From: Yuukianura sp. NJ FZ-2021
Taxonomy: Eukaryota
Length of the DNA stretch: 64,000 nt
Direction of reading: 5' to 3'
NCBI GenBank assembly: GCA_046563655.1
Contig: CM102286.1
Span: 3,348,001 to 3,412,000 of the forward strand
Shown here: one piece after another, positions 10,396 to 23,822 of the stretch
How positions within the stretch are numbered: the first letter of the stretch is position 1
How the letters are laid out: each line of letters opens with the position of its first letter
Notes under the pieces: model-generated
Told to the model about the DNA's origin: nothing
Seen by the model: only the letters and a program-made list of their open reading frames with translations
Database searches by the model: none
Position numbers and translations under genes: made by a program

Positions 10396-13300
10396 TTATT
10401 CTTCAACATTTTCAGATTCTGTTTCATCGTCGATATTTGCACCAGGATGATTTAAGAGCACTGGAGAGCTGTTTTTGAGTGAAATATTGTGGGCTCGGTT
10501 GGCCAATGCCACCATTTTAGCTGCTGCCTTGAAGTAAGTCGCGTGACAACGTTGCCGATCCCGTGTCTGCAAATTTTTCAAAAACAAAAATAGCTCAAAA
10601 TCCATATTTTTTATCCTAGTTTAAAAAAGAATTATCACCTCCTCGTTTCGGGAAGGAAGATTTGCCAAATACTCCTGCATGCTGGGCTTCCCGGGGTCAG
10701 CAATTACTAAAACTGTAAGGCAACCATCAACTGTCCCCAAAATGGCAGACTTCCCATCCTCAGTCGTTTCAATCGCAGAGAGTTCTGAAATTTAGTGTGG
10801 CAGCAAATTAAATTTTAAGTGAGGTTAACTTAGATTTCTTCAATGCAAAGTTACCGGCAGGTACACGATAATTAGCGATCATCTTAGCATCGCTCGTCCT
10901 GAAATGAAAAAATCACTTGTGGAATATTGTAAAACAAACATTCTTAAAGTGTAAAGCAACCTGAAAACCCGAATTGTTTTTCTTCCGCTGTGGTAGTACA
11001 GTACATATTCGTCAGTTTTGTTAAATGCACAAATCACAGAAAACACGCCCTCTGCAACCTGGAAACATCATACTCAACTTTTATAAATTACCAAATTTCA
11101 CATTAACGCAACAAAATTACCTTCGGAATGAACGTTCTAACGGTTCGACCATGTCTTAATTCCACCAATTCAAGTCCGCCTCTACCAGGAGCGTAAATTC
11201 CATACTTCCCATCTCGAGTACATTTACCACCCCATTTTGGAACAGAACGAATAAACTTCTTGGATTTCACATCCAAAATGTTACCTTTATCTGAATCGAT
11301 CAGCGCCACCTACAACCCAATTTCCAAAAAAAAATTGTAACAGAATTGTGAAAATATGCTTGAATTTTCAATTTTGAAACCGATTTTTTCATACTAGTGT
11401 TCACCTGTGTCGGTTTTTTAGGAACTGGAAGTAATGTGAAGAAGTCTTTGAAGTTATTATACTTAACAATGATCTTGTGCGCAAGAATTCCAGTTTTCGC
11501 GTAGTATATGAAAAGTGTATCTTTGGCTTTTTCGAATCCAGGTCCAACCAGATACGTTCCATCGTCAGTGACAATGAGAGGACGAATCGATTTGATTGGG
11601 TACTGAAATTCGTAAATTTTCTCTCCGGTGGGCATTGACCTTGCAACGACGTTCATCCTATACAGGTCAAAAAATTATTCAATTTCAGTTCACCCAGGTC
11701 AGAGGTCAACCGTAAATTTTGTATTTTTGAAATTCTCCAAAAAATGACTCACTTTAACTCCATTCCGCCCATTTTGCATACAGTGAGGAAAGTCGTGTCT
11801 TGTTCAATAAAAAACAATTGCTTAATGGAATCTTGTGACTCTTTGAAAACGACGCCTTTCTCATCTGCACTCCAAATGATGATGAATCCAGATTCCGCAG
11901 ATACGATATACTTCCCATCACGTGTAATTTCTGCATGTGTAACAATTGCCCCGAGCGGTGAATCTGCCAATTTTGCAATTAGTTTTCCAGTGGTCAGGTC
12001 CCATACACCAACGGCATTGCGCGTTGCAGTTGCAGCTATTCCAGCCTCATTTGAAATGCTGAGGAAACGCGGCAATTTTTAAATAGTGAAATTAATTTTA
12101 CATGACCTTTGACCCTCACCTGATAGAATCAATTTGCAGCTCATGTCTGTCAATTGCATGAACTTGTTCAAAAATGTTATTGATGTTCCACACTTTGACA
12201 GTTCTGTCGATAGATGAAGTGATAACAGAATTCCAGTTTCCGATTGTCAAACTGCAGATTTTGATGATACGTCCAAAATGTGCATCTAAATTTTTAAGTA
12301 GGTCGCCAGTCGTGGTATCCCAGACGTACAAGTTTTTCCTTTCCAAATTTCAAAAAGAAAAAAATTTTTGAAGGACAGGCAACAGGCAAAGCTTGTTCAA
12401 AACTCAAAAGCTTACCGAACGCCAGCAATAGCATAGACAGAGTCCTTGGAAAGCACACATGAATTTGACTCTAGCAGTTTTGTTGAAATGTTTCTCACGC
12501 CGTTATCCGGTAGAAGTAGGGTAACCACTTTCCCACTTCGCAAATTCCAAACCTAGAACAAAATTCTGAAATTAATCGAAATTTTGATCATGAATTTTTA
12601 AATCAAAGAGGGTCACCTTGTAGCCAAACATAAAAGTGGCAATGATGAACTTGGAATCGGTAGAAAACGCCAACTGAATAATTTTGTCTGTGTTGTCTCC
12701 ATAAACTCTCTCAACCACCCAAGCGTCGTCGATCAACTTCATTTCGACGACGTTGTCGCCATGTTCTTCTGTACATGCAAAAAGTCTTGTCCTGGTGGAA
12801 GAAATTACCAGAGCACTTCGGGATGTTAAAAGAAAAACTGAATTTCAATTTTTTTTTAAATCGTGAGAAAAGTTTCAAAATTTTGCAGAAAATTTTCAAC
12901 TTTTGTACCCATGAAAATGGAGTGTTTTCAATTGCGTTCCACTGACAAATGTCAATAGCTCCATTCTCGTGTCATCCAAATTTCCACTCCACAGAATCAT
13001 AAAGAAATCTTCCAGACTTGAGTGCGTCATTGTCAAAATTGGTTTCAGAGAATGCGGATGCATGTGTTGGGCTTCCAGCTCTCCAGCGATACTATTTCCA
13101 AAAAAAATTTTGATCAAATTGACATAGATGGATGAGACGATATTTGGTTCACTTTTTATGTCGACCTATACTTACTTGTAAATAATCCAAGATCTCATGC
13201 CGAATACAATCAAATGTGTATTGAGCAGGGACAGACCAGTGACATTTTCACGTTCGTCAAGTCCATTTTCAAAAATTTGAAATTCATTGGTTAGCATATT

Positions 13301-16300
13301 TAGAAGAATAACTTGATTAATATTTGAATATGCAGCGGCATATCGATTGTCGGGACTAATCACAAGTCCGCACAGGATTCCCTCAATTCCGGGAATCACT
13401 TCTCGGCACATGTCACTTGTAGACAGATCCCATGTAATGAATTTATTTGAAATGGAAATGATGTAGCGGAAGTCAGCAGTAAGACAAAATCCAAAAACAG
13501 CAAATTGGTGACCCTCCAAGGAATACTAAAACAACACAAAAAGTCATGGACGTCAGGGTTTTTCCCGCTAAAAAAATGGCGCCTCCAAGGTTTGTTGACT
13601 TTGCTTTGCATTAACTGTTTGGGTAATACCGCATGTTATTTTGATTCGACAATTTTTCATTTCCGACCACCGTAGTCATTCGTAAAACAATACGGCCAAT
13701 TTTTTTTCAACACCAATTTTTGAGATTGGTACCAGTATTTGTATCAATTTTTTTTTAATTTTTTGTCAACAAAAGAGAATGCTCGACCTGTTAAAGAAAA
13801 TTAACTTTTCGTTGTCAAGCAACCTTGGGCGCCTGCGTCTTCACTAGACTCGTTGTCAGCATTTCGTTTGCAAGGTTTACCTTCAGTGGCCCTCCTGGAG
13901 TATGGAGACAATGAAATGCTGGAACAAGGGCACAGTGCTGGGCACCTTCGACGTCACACTGTTTCAAAAGTCTTTGGACATTCGGATTGGATCCGATTTC
14001 TGGCAGCAAGCGTCCAATCAGCTGCGGTCCAAGCATTGTCGGATGCATGAGCAGCACGCCTGCGCCAAGTCTCAAAGCGTCTGCGACCAGCATAATCTCC
14101 CTGTCCCAAAAAAACTTATAATCCGCATGCTCAGAAAAATAACATAAACATGCAAATATAGCACACCTTCGGATTCTCCGTTGTGCTTCTCTAAATCATC
14201 ATTACAGTTACAGTTTCATAACGCAGCATGCTGTAGATCATTCTTTGTCATTCCCATTCCAAACATGCACGAAAACAAAGAGTTAGTTGGTTAATTGACT
14301 AATATTAAAAGTGTAAAATAGCAATTAGCATTCACATGCCTGCGAAGGACAAGAGACAATGACAAAACATGCATGACATGTTAGATGTGGGTGTGACTTT
14401 TAAACCTGTTTGATTCTCGGTCATCCACATTGAGACAAGCGTCTTCAAAGTCGCAAAGTGTAGACTGAAGAGGACATGATGACAATTTGGCATGTAGCCA
14501 TTGGTAGTTGAAGAGGACGTGGATGTAGAGGTCACTGAAGCGACGTGATCTCACAAGATGATATGGTAGTTCGCCAAACTGGATGCAAATAAAGAGTTAA
14601 GCAATGCCGCCAACATTTGGCGTTACTCAATCTTCTTCACAACGTAAAACTTCAAATAATGCCCCAGGCATTTTTACGTTTTTGATACTAACAAACCTTA
14701 GGCGGAAAAGTTTCAACCAAAACAAAAAAAAAACAAGCGTGGGAATCTTTTGAAAAACGAAAGAGAAGCTTCGAATTTTCAATTTCAAATACCTTTCGCA
14801 AGTTGTATCTTGTGATTTTGCCATCTTTGCCTGTGAAAACAAGAGGTTGAAGAGGAACTTTTCTGTCAGCAGCGCCCTCTTTATCCGCCAGGTTGAAGCG
14901 ATGACGCTGAATTTCAGTGTATTTGAACGGCTTTGGATTTCCTCCGCCCCAAATGCCCAGGAAGTAGTCGGCTATTGACGAATGAAAGTAAATTGACATA
15001 GATTCGTCGCTGAAGTAGCGTTCTCTTGCAGCGTCTCGAAATTGCCTGGACACAACCAAAATAAAACTTGAATTTTGGAATAAAATTTCAAAAAATTCAG
15101 AAAATTACCGATGGTACCAACTGAGAACCGAAACTCCATCGGCTTCTCGCTCTGACAAGTAATTCGGAAGATCATTTCTGATTCGTGTCCATAACAGCGG
15201 TGGAATGCGTCTAACTGGAGGCATGTGATACTGGTAAACATCGTCCAGCACTTTGTCATCCAATGAAATCAAGTCCTCCAGTTCGGTTTCTGACAAGCCA
15301 CTTTTGGCTGCTGTGATGTACGCCAGCGCATGCGTGACCAGCAGCCTCCCGTGCTTTGGATAAAACAAAGCATTTAAAACATTGAAGCTTTTGGCAAGTT
15401 TTGAAAAGTCGGAAATTTATATTAACCTGAATTTCAATTCTTTCAAAAAGTTTAAAAATAGAATCCATGACGCTTGCAGCGAGTTGTGTGTCTTGTGCTT
15501 TTGAGTAACTTTTCCATCGACAGATTTCAGCGAAAACCAATTTGACGAAAATTGGAAGAGAACATTCTGCTAAAGCGTTGCAAACCACTCGCCATTGGTA
15601 GTTGCTAACGTCCCGGTTTCCAGCGACAAGCCATTGACGCATGACTCTTGTTGCTAACTTTTCACCAAGTGAAGCAACTTCCATGAATTGATCATCTGCG
15701 TCCAAAATTCGACGTAGAAGAAGATAGTCTGCCGAAATCAGTTGATCCTTCGGCTCATACACGCAGGAAATCACAATCTAAAACAAAAACAAGTTTTTAA
15801 AATAGTTTTGCAAAAATTTTTGCAGGAAAATTACATTTTAGACATACTTTGCAATATTTTGGTAACTTTGAGGGTAACCAAGTCAATTTATTTGCTCCAG
15901 AAGCACCAGTTAGCTGATCAACTGAATCCAAAAATACTATTAGCGGTTGATCCGCCGTTCCACAAGTCAGAAGCTGTTTGAAATGTGCTGTTAATGGAAC
16001 CAAATCATCCGGAATTTCTTCCATTGCTAGCATAAAATTATACGAAATTTGTTGACATAGTGAAATGAGCATAGGAGTCAACGCACTGGAATCTGGAGTA
16101 GTTCCCAGGAACCGCAGAATGAGCAACGGAACGGCATTTCTCTCTTCGTACCATTCGAAACTCATGGCGGCAATTTTTGCCAAAAGTGACGTTTTGCCAC
16201 ATCCACCAGCTCCGTACAACACTAGAGGTTTGTCGGATTTGCCCATCATATATTCCTTGGCTAATTCTAAACTTTCTTCTCTGCCGTAGAAAACTTGAAC

Positions 16301-19300
16301 AGCATTGTTACAGGCATGAAGATGTTGCAGAATTTCGGTAACAATGACTCCCTGCGCAGATGAATCTTCTTTGCGCATGGCACGGTCAACAAGCTTCGTA
16401 ATGTTGCGGTAAAAATGGGCTAGAAAGTGATTCAAGTATTCATCGTGCGTGTCTTTATCAATGCCTTCACGGCCCATCCATTCTACGGTGTATCTGTTTA
16501 AAACAAATTTTGAAATTTAGGAAAAATTTCGGTTACTAAAAATTTTTTGTTAAAAAATACTTTTGCAAATTTGTCGCCTCAATTTTGTTTGGTAGGCGCT
16601 CATCTCGCAGATTTCCTAACAAACGAGCAGCTTCAGTATCCAGACCACGGTTGATAATGTCAATAAAGTTGGACGCTTTTTTGATATTTTGCAGGTTGAT
16701 GTTGTTAATGTAGCGCAAATAAGCTAAACAATGGGCTTTAGTATTCTCGACACTCAGGATTCCATTGATGACTTCCCGCTCAGTAACTTAAAATAAGTTT
16801 TAATTTTGTGTTAATTTATTTTATTGTATTGATATCAATAACTAAAGTGCTAATCAGGTCACGGCAGAAATATACCTGACATAAAGTAGTTATGCATGTC
16901 ATCGTCGCTCATCATTCCGTTGACATTACACATGTGCGCAGCCTTCCTAAGTAACTTCTGCATCTTGTTCAAAGTGTCCCACCAAATTGCTTGATCTTGA
17001 GACTGGAGCTTAGGGACTCTCTAAAAAAATTATTTTGTAAAATTGAAAGATAGAGAATTGCAGTTTCTACTTTTTCTGCTCACTTTGTTGTTAAAGTTGA
17101 CTAAAATGGAAGATATTGGCTGAAGTATGAAAACTGGCGGGACAGCATTTGAATCCTTTTGGTACCACATATCCAGAAGATGAGTGTCTACACCCATTTG
17201 AACTAACGTTTCTTTCAGCATTATAAGTTCGCTGGCAACAATTATCGTTGGAATCGGACGGTAGCCGTACTTCTGCCCAAGGAATACCTTAACAAAATTT
17301 TGAACAAAGTTCTATTAAAATTTTTTCCGACTAATCAGAGCATTACTCGCATTTGGAAAAGTACCGATTTTAAAACCTAGGAAGATAGAAACATTGCGCT
17401 AGAAGGAACGTCTTCTAACCTATAAGTCGTTTTAGAATTGTATTTTCTAAACATTCAAAAACTTTCTAGATAAAACAAGAAAAATACAACGAAAGCTTTT
17501 AGTTTTAACAAAACTTGTACTGTAGCAAGTGCAGAGTACAAGCTAAACTGCAGCAGTATATTAAAAAATCAATTTCTGATACATGAAGCACTCCAATATA
17601 AACAGTAGGAACATTTTCTACAGACGTGATTGAAACTTTTGCGAAGTTCGTGCGAAAAGGTTCTTACGGTGTTTGGTCAATACTTGTACCAGGGACCCAA
17701 TTGATTAACGCTTCAAATCATCCTGTCAACTAATCGTTAATGTCTAATGCTCTAGTGGCATACATTACAGTTAAAACATCCAATGACCTTGTTCTGACAC
17801 ACTAATCAAGTAAATTATTGCTCTTGTCAGAATTTATTTCCTTAAATTACTACACAATTGTGCGGCGCATTTATCGGAAGTTGTGGAATTCTCAATTCAC
17901 ACAAAAAACCTCAACAACAAAAATACAAAAACATTTGAAAGTTAAACTTACGACAAAATTCGGACCCATCGAAAGGCGTTGACAATTTGCAATTTCCCGC
18001 ATACAGAGTTCAGTAGTCATATGATCATCAGTAGCTTCATCTCGAACGCCCCACCTCATATCCACTACCTACAAACGTAACGTCATAAAAATATATCATT
18101 GCAAATACTACTGAGTACATGTAAATCCGCGACTGCGTAGCAACCAGTGTTGGTGGATATCCACTTTTTCGACATTTCATCCACGGCTGGATATCCAGTG
18201 GAAGAAATGGACGAAATGGATGAATCCAAAAGGGCGGAGCTTTGCCCTCCGAATTTGAATTAATTGACGACAAAAAACTAAAAAACATGAAAACACTGCA
18301 CAAAAACTATGTAAATATCGTTTTTGAATATGTTTTAAATAATATATTAACTATAATGGCGGAAGTAAAGCTTTCTAATATCATTTCGTAAATTTAAATT
18401 TAAATTGATTTGAATTTCGCGCAAAATTTGTGATTTCTTCCGTCCACTTTTAGTTTCGTCCATTTGGGGTGCATTTCTTCCAGTGGATATCCACTGGAAG
18501 TGGCAATTAAGCCACTGGACGTTTAAGCGTCCACCAACACTGGTAGCAACCAATCATTGGGCATACTCCTGAAATTTTTGAAAATCGTCAACCTTTTTGA
18601 ACTTTTGACCTTTCAATATGCTTTTTGGGTTGAAGTAAACTTGAGAGACTGAACTGTCCCCACCCGTTCAAATTTTCGCGCTGCTTCCATTGTCCCCACT
18701 TGGTGGGGACAAATCTGTACCCACCAGCCTCAAACAACGACTCCCTCTAGCGGTTGGTGTCGAACTAACGAACTCGAGCTGGCAACGTTGTAGTGTTGCT
18801 TCTTGTATTCACTCTCTGTATAAAACGCCATTAGGACACATGTAATCAATCTAGCGAGACTTCGTCAGCCAAACCTACAGACGTAATCACTATTGCGTGC
18901 TTTACCAAACCTAACGCCGCGCCTTCGGCGCGGAAACTGCAACGAAATCTTTGCATTCAGTTTCAGCCTAAAACTTCGTGGTACAATGCAGTTTCCGCGC
19001 CGAAGGCGCGGCGTTAGGTTTGGTGAAGCACGCAATAGTGACTACGTCTGTAGGTTTTGATGGTTATGTTAGGTTAGGTTAGGTTATGTCCGACAATAGT
19101 GATTTTGTCTGTAGATTTTTCTGACTTAGTCTCACTATATTTATTACGTGTGCCCTGGGTATTGGTATTGGAGCAACGGCACGACGTTGCCAACTCGAAT
19201 TCACTAGTTCCACTTCAGCCGCTAGGGGTACTCGGTGTAGGGCTGGTGGGGACATATTTGTCCCCACCAAGTGGGGACAAATGTACCCACCTGGTGGGGA

Positions 19301-19952
19301 CAATGGGTGGGGACAATGGGTGGGGACAATGGAAGCAGCGCGAAAATTGAACGGGTGGGGACAGTTCAGTCTCTCAAGTTTACTTCAACCGCTTTTTGAA
19401 TTTTTCAAAAATGAAGGGAAGGGGATGTTTTGATCTTAAGAAGTGAATGGATGAAAAGTCTAAATTCTGAAGGTTTATTTTGTCCTGGGGGAAGGCCCAG
19501 CAAGGATGTGAAGCACTCTGGGAATGCACAAAACGAAAAAGATTTTTTTTTCCAACACACAAATATCCCGGGTTTTTTCTTTTCAGTTTTTAATTCCTTT
19601 TTTAGAATACATTCTGCTTTAGTTAGGAAATCAGTTGGTAAAAAAAGTTTGTATAGTTTATTCAAAGGATAACCTGAAATTCTAATCCATGTTTCTCCCG
19701 ACAGTATTCCTTAATTTTTGGATAAACTTCCGCCATCAATGTATTCCGCTCCAAGGCAGTATCTATATTTAGAAAAATGCAATTACCACAACTAAGGTAC
19801 AAAAGCTAAATTAAAGTTAAGATCGTACGTTTCAAAATAAATTAACTACCTGTAAACGTCGAACTCGTAAATATCCGAACAATTTTTGAACTCACTGAAG
19901 GCAATTCCTCAAGTGAACCAGCAAAAACTCGATCAATTGTGCGGTCGTCCAT
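10396..19952 (-). CDS. NACHT and WD40 repeat protein (NWD2-like), more than 20 exons
   Basis: N-terminus [57 protein letters not shown]-loop [17 protein letters not shown]; Walker [43 protein letters not shown]40 repeats such as HFGRI...[10 protein letters not shown]. Confidence 0.92.
18145..18542. mobile_element. hAT-like MITE (398 bp) in an NWD intron
   Basis: 13-bp TIR CAGTGTTGGTGGA / TCCACCAACACTG; exact 8-bp TSD GTAGCAAC at 18137-18144 and 18543-18550; repeated subterminal TGGATATCCA palindromes. Confidence 0.88.
18628..19390. mobile_element. Foldback/MITE with GG...CC termini (Merlin-like), 763 bp, in an NWD intron
   Basis: About 70-bp TIR starting GGTTGAAGTAAACTTGAGAGACTG; 8-bp TSD GCTTTTTG at 18620-18627 and 19391-19398; internal inverted repeat at about 18870-19057; (TTAGG)n at about 19068-19085. 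Confidence 0.88.
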
Positions 19953-20193
19953 TTTTTAAAAATGTGCCAAGCGACAAATTCCAAGCAGCCCCGTCTTCCA
20001 AGGTGTCTCCGCTTGGAATGAATTTTCATAAAATCCGAAACTCAATTTTTTCATAAAAGAGAAAGGTAGTGATTTGGCATGCGTCGGAGTAGTTTTGTGA
20101 ATAAACTTTATTTAAAATATAGAGTGCAAGTATGTTACATAAACAATAATTTTACGGTGAAATCATGAAAATGCCTGAATCCTAAGCTTTAAG

Positions 20194-21215
20194 TTATTCT
20201 AAATAACGTGCTAAAAACGGTAGAGCCCGCAAAGTTGCATTTGCAATGGAAGTAACTGCAGTTCCCACGGCGTCTTCAATTTCTGGTTTGACTTCATTGT
20301 AGAGGAGATTTGACGCTTCGTTGATGATTTTGTTAGCCATCGATTCTGTATTATGAAGTAAAAGTTATTTTAGTTGACGCAATCAATTCCGCATCAAAGT
20401 AGCAGCATAAGTTAGAACTTACCTAGTAATTCATTATGTCCAAGGAGACCATTCAACTGAATTTTAAGTGCAGAAATCTTCATCTGCAGATGAATTTTTC
20501 TGACTTGTACAGCACCGTTCATAAGTTCCAGGTCACATTTGCCGCTGACATGGACCTTTTCTAAAAATTCAATCACAGTGTAATGTAATATTAACCAACT
20601 TGATGTCTAAATCATAGTTTAGTTAACACTTACTCGAATCTAAGGTATATGACCCCTTGCCTTTCACTGGTACAAGCAAAATACGTCCGCTCATTTTATA
20701 GTTTCCTTCAACAAAAATTTCTGGAATGTCAAGTCTAAAGCTCAGCGATTTTTCCTCAACATTGATTCTTAAAAAACAAAGACAAAATGAAACCAAACGA
20801 TTTTTTAGATGGAGAATTATGTTATTAGTATTACATAAACCGCTCGTGTATCATGTTTGAGACGCCAGTGAATTTTAAGTCTGTTGCCACTGCATTGACA
20901 GCTACAAGCCCCTTACATCGCCTCCGATTTATGTTCAACTGATCAAAATAGAATGGTTCCAACGGCGGGAAGCTGAGTTCTGGAACGCCATGACGGAAGA
21001 AAGGAATCAAATCTTTTACTAACGTTTTAATGATTTCGTTGAGACGAGCTTCACTTGCACCGCGTTCTGGTAATGCCACTCGCAATGGCCCTATGAGCAC
21101 GAACTGAATTCCATTTTCCTCTATAATTCCTGAACACAGTTTTAAAATTGAGATAACATTTGTATTCTTTACAATAGAACTTTGTTTACAATTTTTTAAA
21201 TAAAGACTTACTCAT
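20194..21215 (-). CDS. Takeout / juvenile-hormone-binding-protein family protein
   Basis: GVPELSFPPLEPFYFDQLNI; IFVEGNYKMSGRILLVPVKGKG; NGLLGHNELL; ANKIINEASNLLYNEVKPEIE. Short exons with GT-AG introns; start codon tentative. Confidence 0.85.
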
Positions 21216-22028
21216 AACTGTATTCAGACTTGATTTATGGCAGGAATGGCGAGACGTATTTCTCAAAATTGTAACGAAGATTGGCAAATTCAGCTTTTCG
21301 TGAAAAAAAAGTCTTTCCGTTAAATTAACTTTGTTTTAACTGATACTAAACAACTTTAGCAAAAACATTGTTTAAGCGGCCTTTCTCTTTGAATGGCAAG
21401 GTAAAAGACAAGTTCCGATGGGAAGATGGGCTGCACCTATATATGTACATTTGTCATGGAAAAAAAATTCGCATCTACCCGTACCTTGGTTTGCTTCCAC
21501 CGGGTACTTTTTGATAAAGCAACAATGTAGTAAATACTAATGTCCGACAGAACAACTTTGTAAACTTTGATGTACAAGGAAAATGTCAATGAACATTTCA
21601 AGCAGAAATTAATAAGCTCCTCCTTAATCCTATACATTGTCTGGGGGTGCCACTTGTTTATGGGCGTGGCGTCCGATTTTGATTTTTACAACAGTTCGTC
21701 AACCCGGAAAGCGCAGATCTCAATTTTGGAGGCGATGAACCGATTAAATGAGTAAGTTTTTTTTTTGTTGAACTGCAACAATTTTGACAACAGATTTTAA
21801 GAAAAATTTTACAAGTGTTTTGAATTATTGCTGGATGAGCAATAAATGCCGGATGAGCTTCAGTAGTAAATAAAATCAAACGAGGAATTTTCTGAAACCG
21901 GTTTTATAGGTCGGGGTCTTAAGTTTCTCATGAGTTCTAAAAATGTCGAATTTTGAAATCGTCAAGAAGCCACTCATAAAAAATGAAAATGTTAGAACAT
22001 TAGTTTTCTTGAAAAGTTTACTTAATTT

Positions 22029-23510
22029 TCAACATGTCAGAGATGATTCACCAGGAAATAATACTTGTCTTACGTTTAAATTAATACGACATCTAGAAAT
22101 ATAGTCCAAGAGAAAGTCATTCCAGTTGTTTAATACTAATTGAACTTCCGGTATGGCTTCACTTGAATTAATTAGCTCACTCCCAGACTTGTCGCAACTA
22201 TGCTGGAGAACGCCTATCGACTTTAAAGCAGCGTCGTACTCGTACCTAGGTCGCTTTGCGTCGGGTACTTCAGTATTGTCGTTTCTTAACTTAGCATCAG
22301 TTGGCGTTGAATCTGATAGCCAAGGACAGCTTGATGTTTTTATAATCCTGGGAACCCCATGGTAGGAAAGTCGGCTTTTCCCCGTCATCACGACAATGTC
22401 ACCACTCCGAAGATAAATTGGAACCGGTCGTATGTCCTTCGCATCTCCCCCGATGAGAAATAGCGCCGTTTGTCCAAAACTAAACGATTTAAATAAAAAA
22501 TTGAGCTGCACATGTGGTGTACAATGTTTTTAAACAAAAACTGGTTCACATTACCTAATAGAAAACAATGGAGCCTCTTGATTCCTCTCTGAACGATCTT
22601 GGTGTCCTGATAGAGTCGAATCGAGGTGGTAGTAGTTGACAATGGCAGCCTGCGCTTCAAATTTCTCAAAACCGAGAACATGTGAAAGGTACTTTGTTAG
22701 ATCAGCCAAGTCATGTGGAAAAGTACATTTTGATTGCTCGGAGTAAATCTGTAGATGAAAATATTTCAAGTTTCAATTGAATTCAAAAATAAACCCAAAA
22801 ATGTATGGACAACACAAGTACTACCTACAATAGTACCTTGGTATCCCAGTTGTGGTGGTATCCAAAAGTAATCCATCTTAGTTTCTTATAGAAATTAGAT
22901 TGATCTTCCCTGTCGATGTCGACAGCATCCAGCTTTCCGGTTTGCATCGCTAAATTGTCAATATTGGTAATGTGCGGTTTCTTTGGATAATCGAATACAC
23001 ATTTTGAGATCCAGTACCTTTGACCCTCTGTGGTAAAAGGGTTCTCGATAAAGACGAGGCCTGTTATAAGTTATAGCAAAGTTAAGTCTAAGAATTCCGA
23101 ACGATAATATGAATACGTTACGGAAAATTAGCACCTTCAGGGAATTTGAATTTGTACATCTTCCATGTCCAAGGCTGTTGGAGACCAAAGGGCGTCCTTT
23201 GACGCCTCATAGATTGGGATTGGATGATACTGGAATCAGCAAAATCAGCAACTTTTGGATTTGAAGTTGTTCGGTCATCCAGGTCAAGTTGTGATATTGT
23301 ACAGTTTTCGTTAGAATTATAATTTATGCGCTCGATTTCAATTGAACTCGACAACATGTCTAATTGATAAGAATCAAAAATCATGCTTGGGTCTTTGTCT
23401 TTCTGACATCGGTAAAACTTGAACGTCTGTTTGAATATGTCTTCGGTTTGGACTTTTGCGTTTAAGGTGGTGGATTTACTAGTCTTAGTTACGGAACTTG
23501 TACAATCCAT
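22029..23510 (-). CDS. ALKBH1: Nucleic acid dioxygenase AlkB homolog 1
   Basis: KLRWITFGYHHNWDTK; AQAAIVNYYHLDSTLSGHQD (HxD); LRSGDIVVMTGKSRLSYHGVPRI; RINLNVRQV. Confidence 0.93.
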
Positions 23511-23822
23511 GGCGGAGTTACTTTATAAAAGTTAAAAAAAAGTTGTTAGCTGATTGACCTCCAGCAGCTTCCAGCTGAATAGTCGGCTGCTCGCTCGTTT
23601 CCTAAATTCTTCAAATCCTAAACGTATTCTACAACAACACTAAACAACACATGGCATGCAATCAGCTGATTAGCTCCGCTCTTCCATTGAGTGACATCAC
23701 ACTGTGTGATTCATACATACACACATCTTAAGGCCAGTACCAACTTCGTGAAATTATTGCTCTACGCGAATAATCAGTAATGGAAGTAAACACCCTGCAA
23801 TACTAATTCAAGCGTACTCTTT

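Noticed and set aside
19068..19085. (TTAGG)n as a telomere or fusion scar
   Set aside because: Only 3-4 units, inside a TSD-flanked element; the same holds at about 52962-52979.
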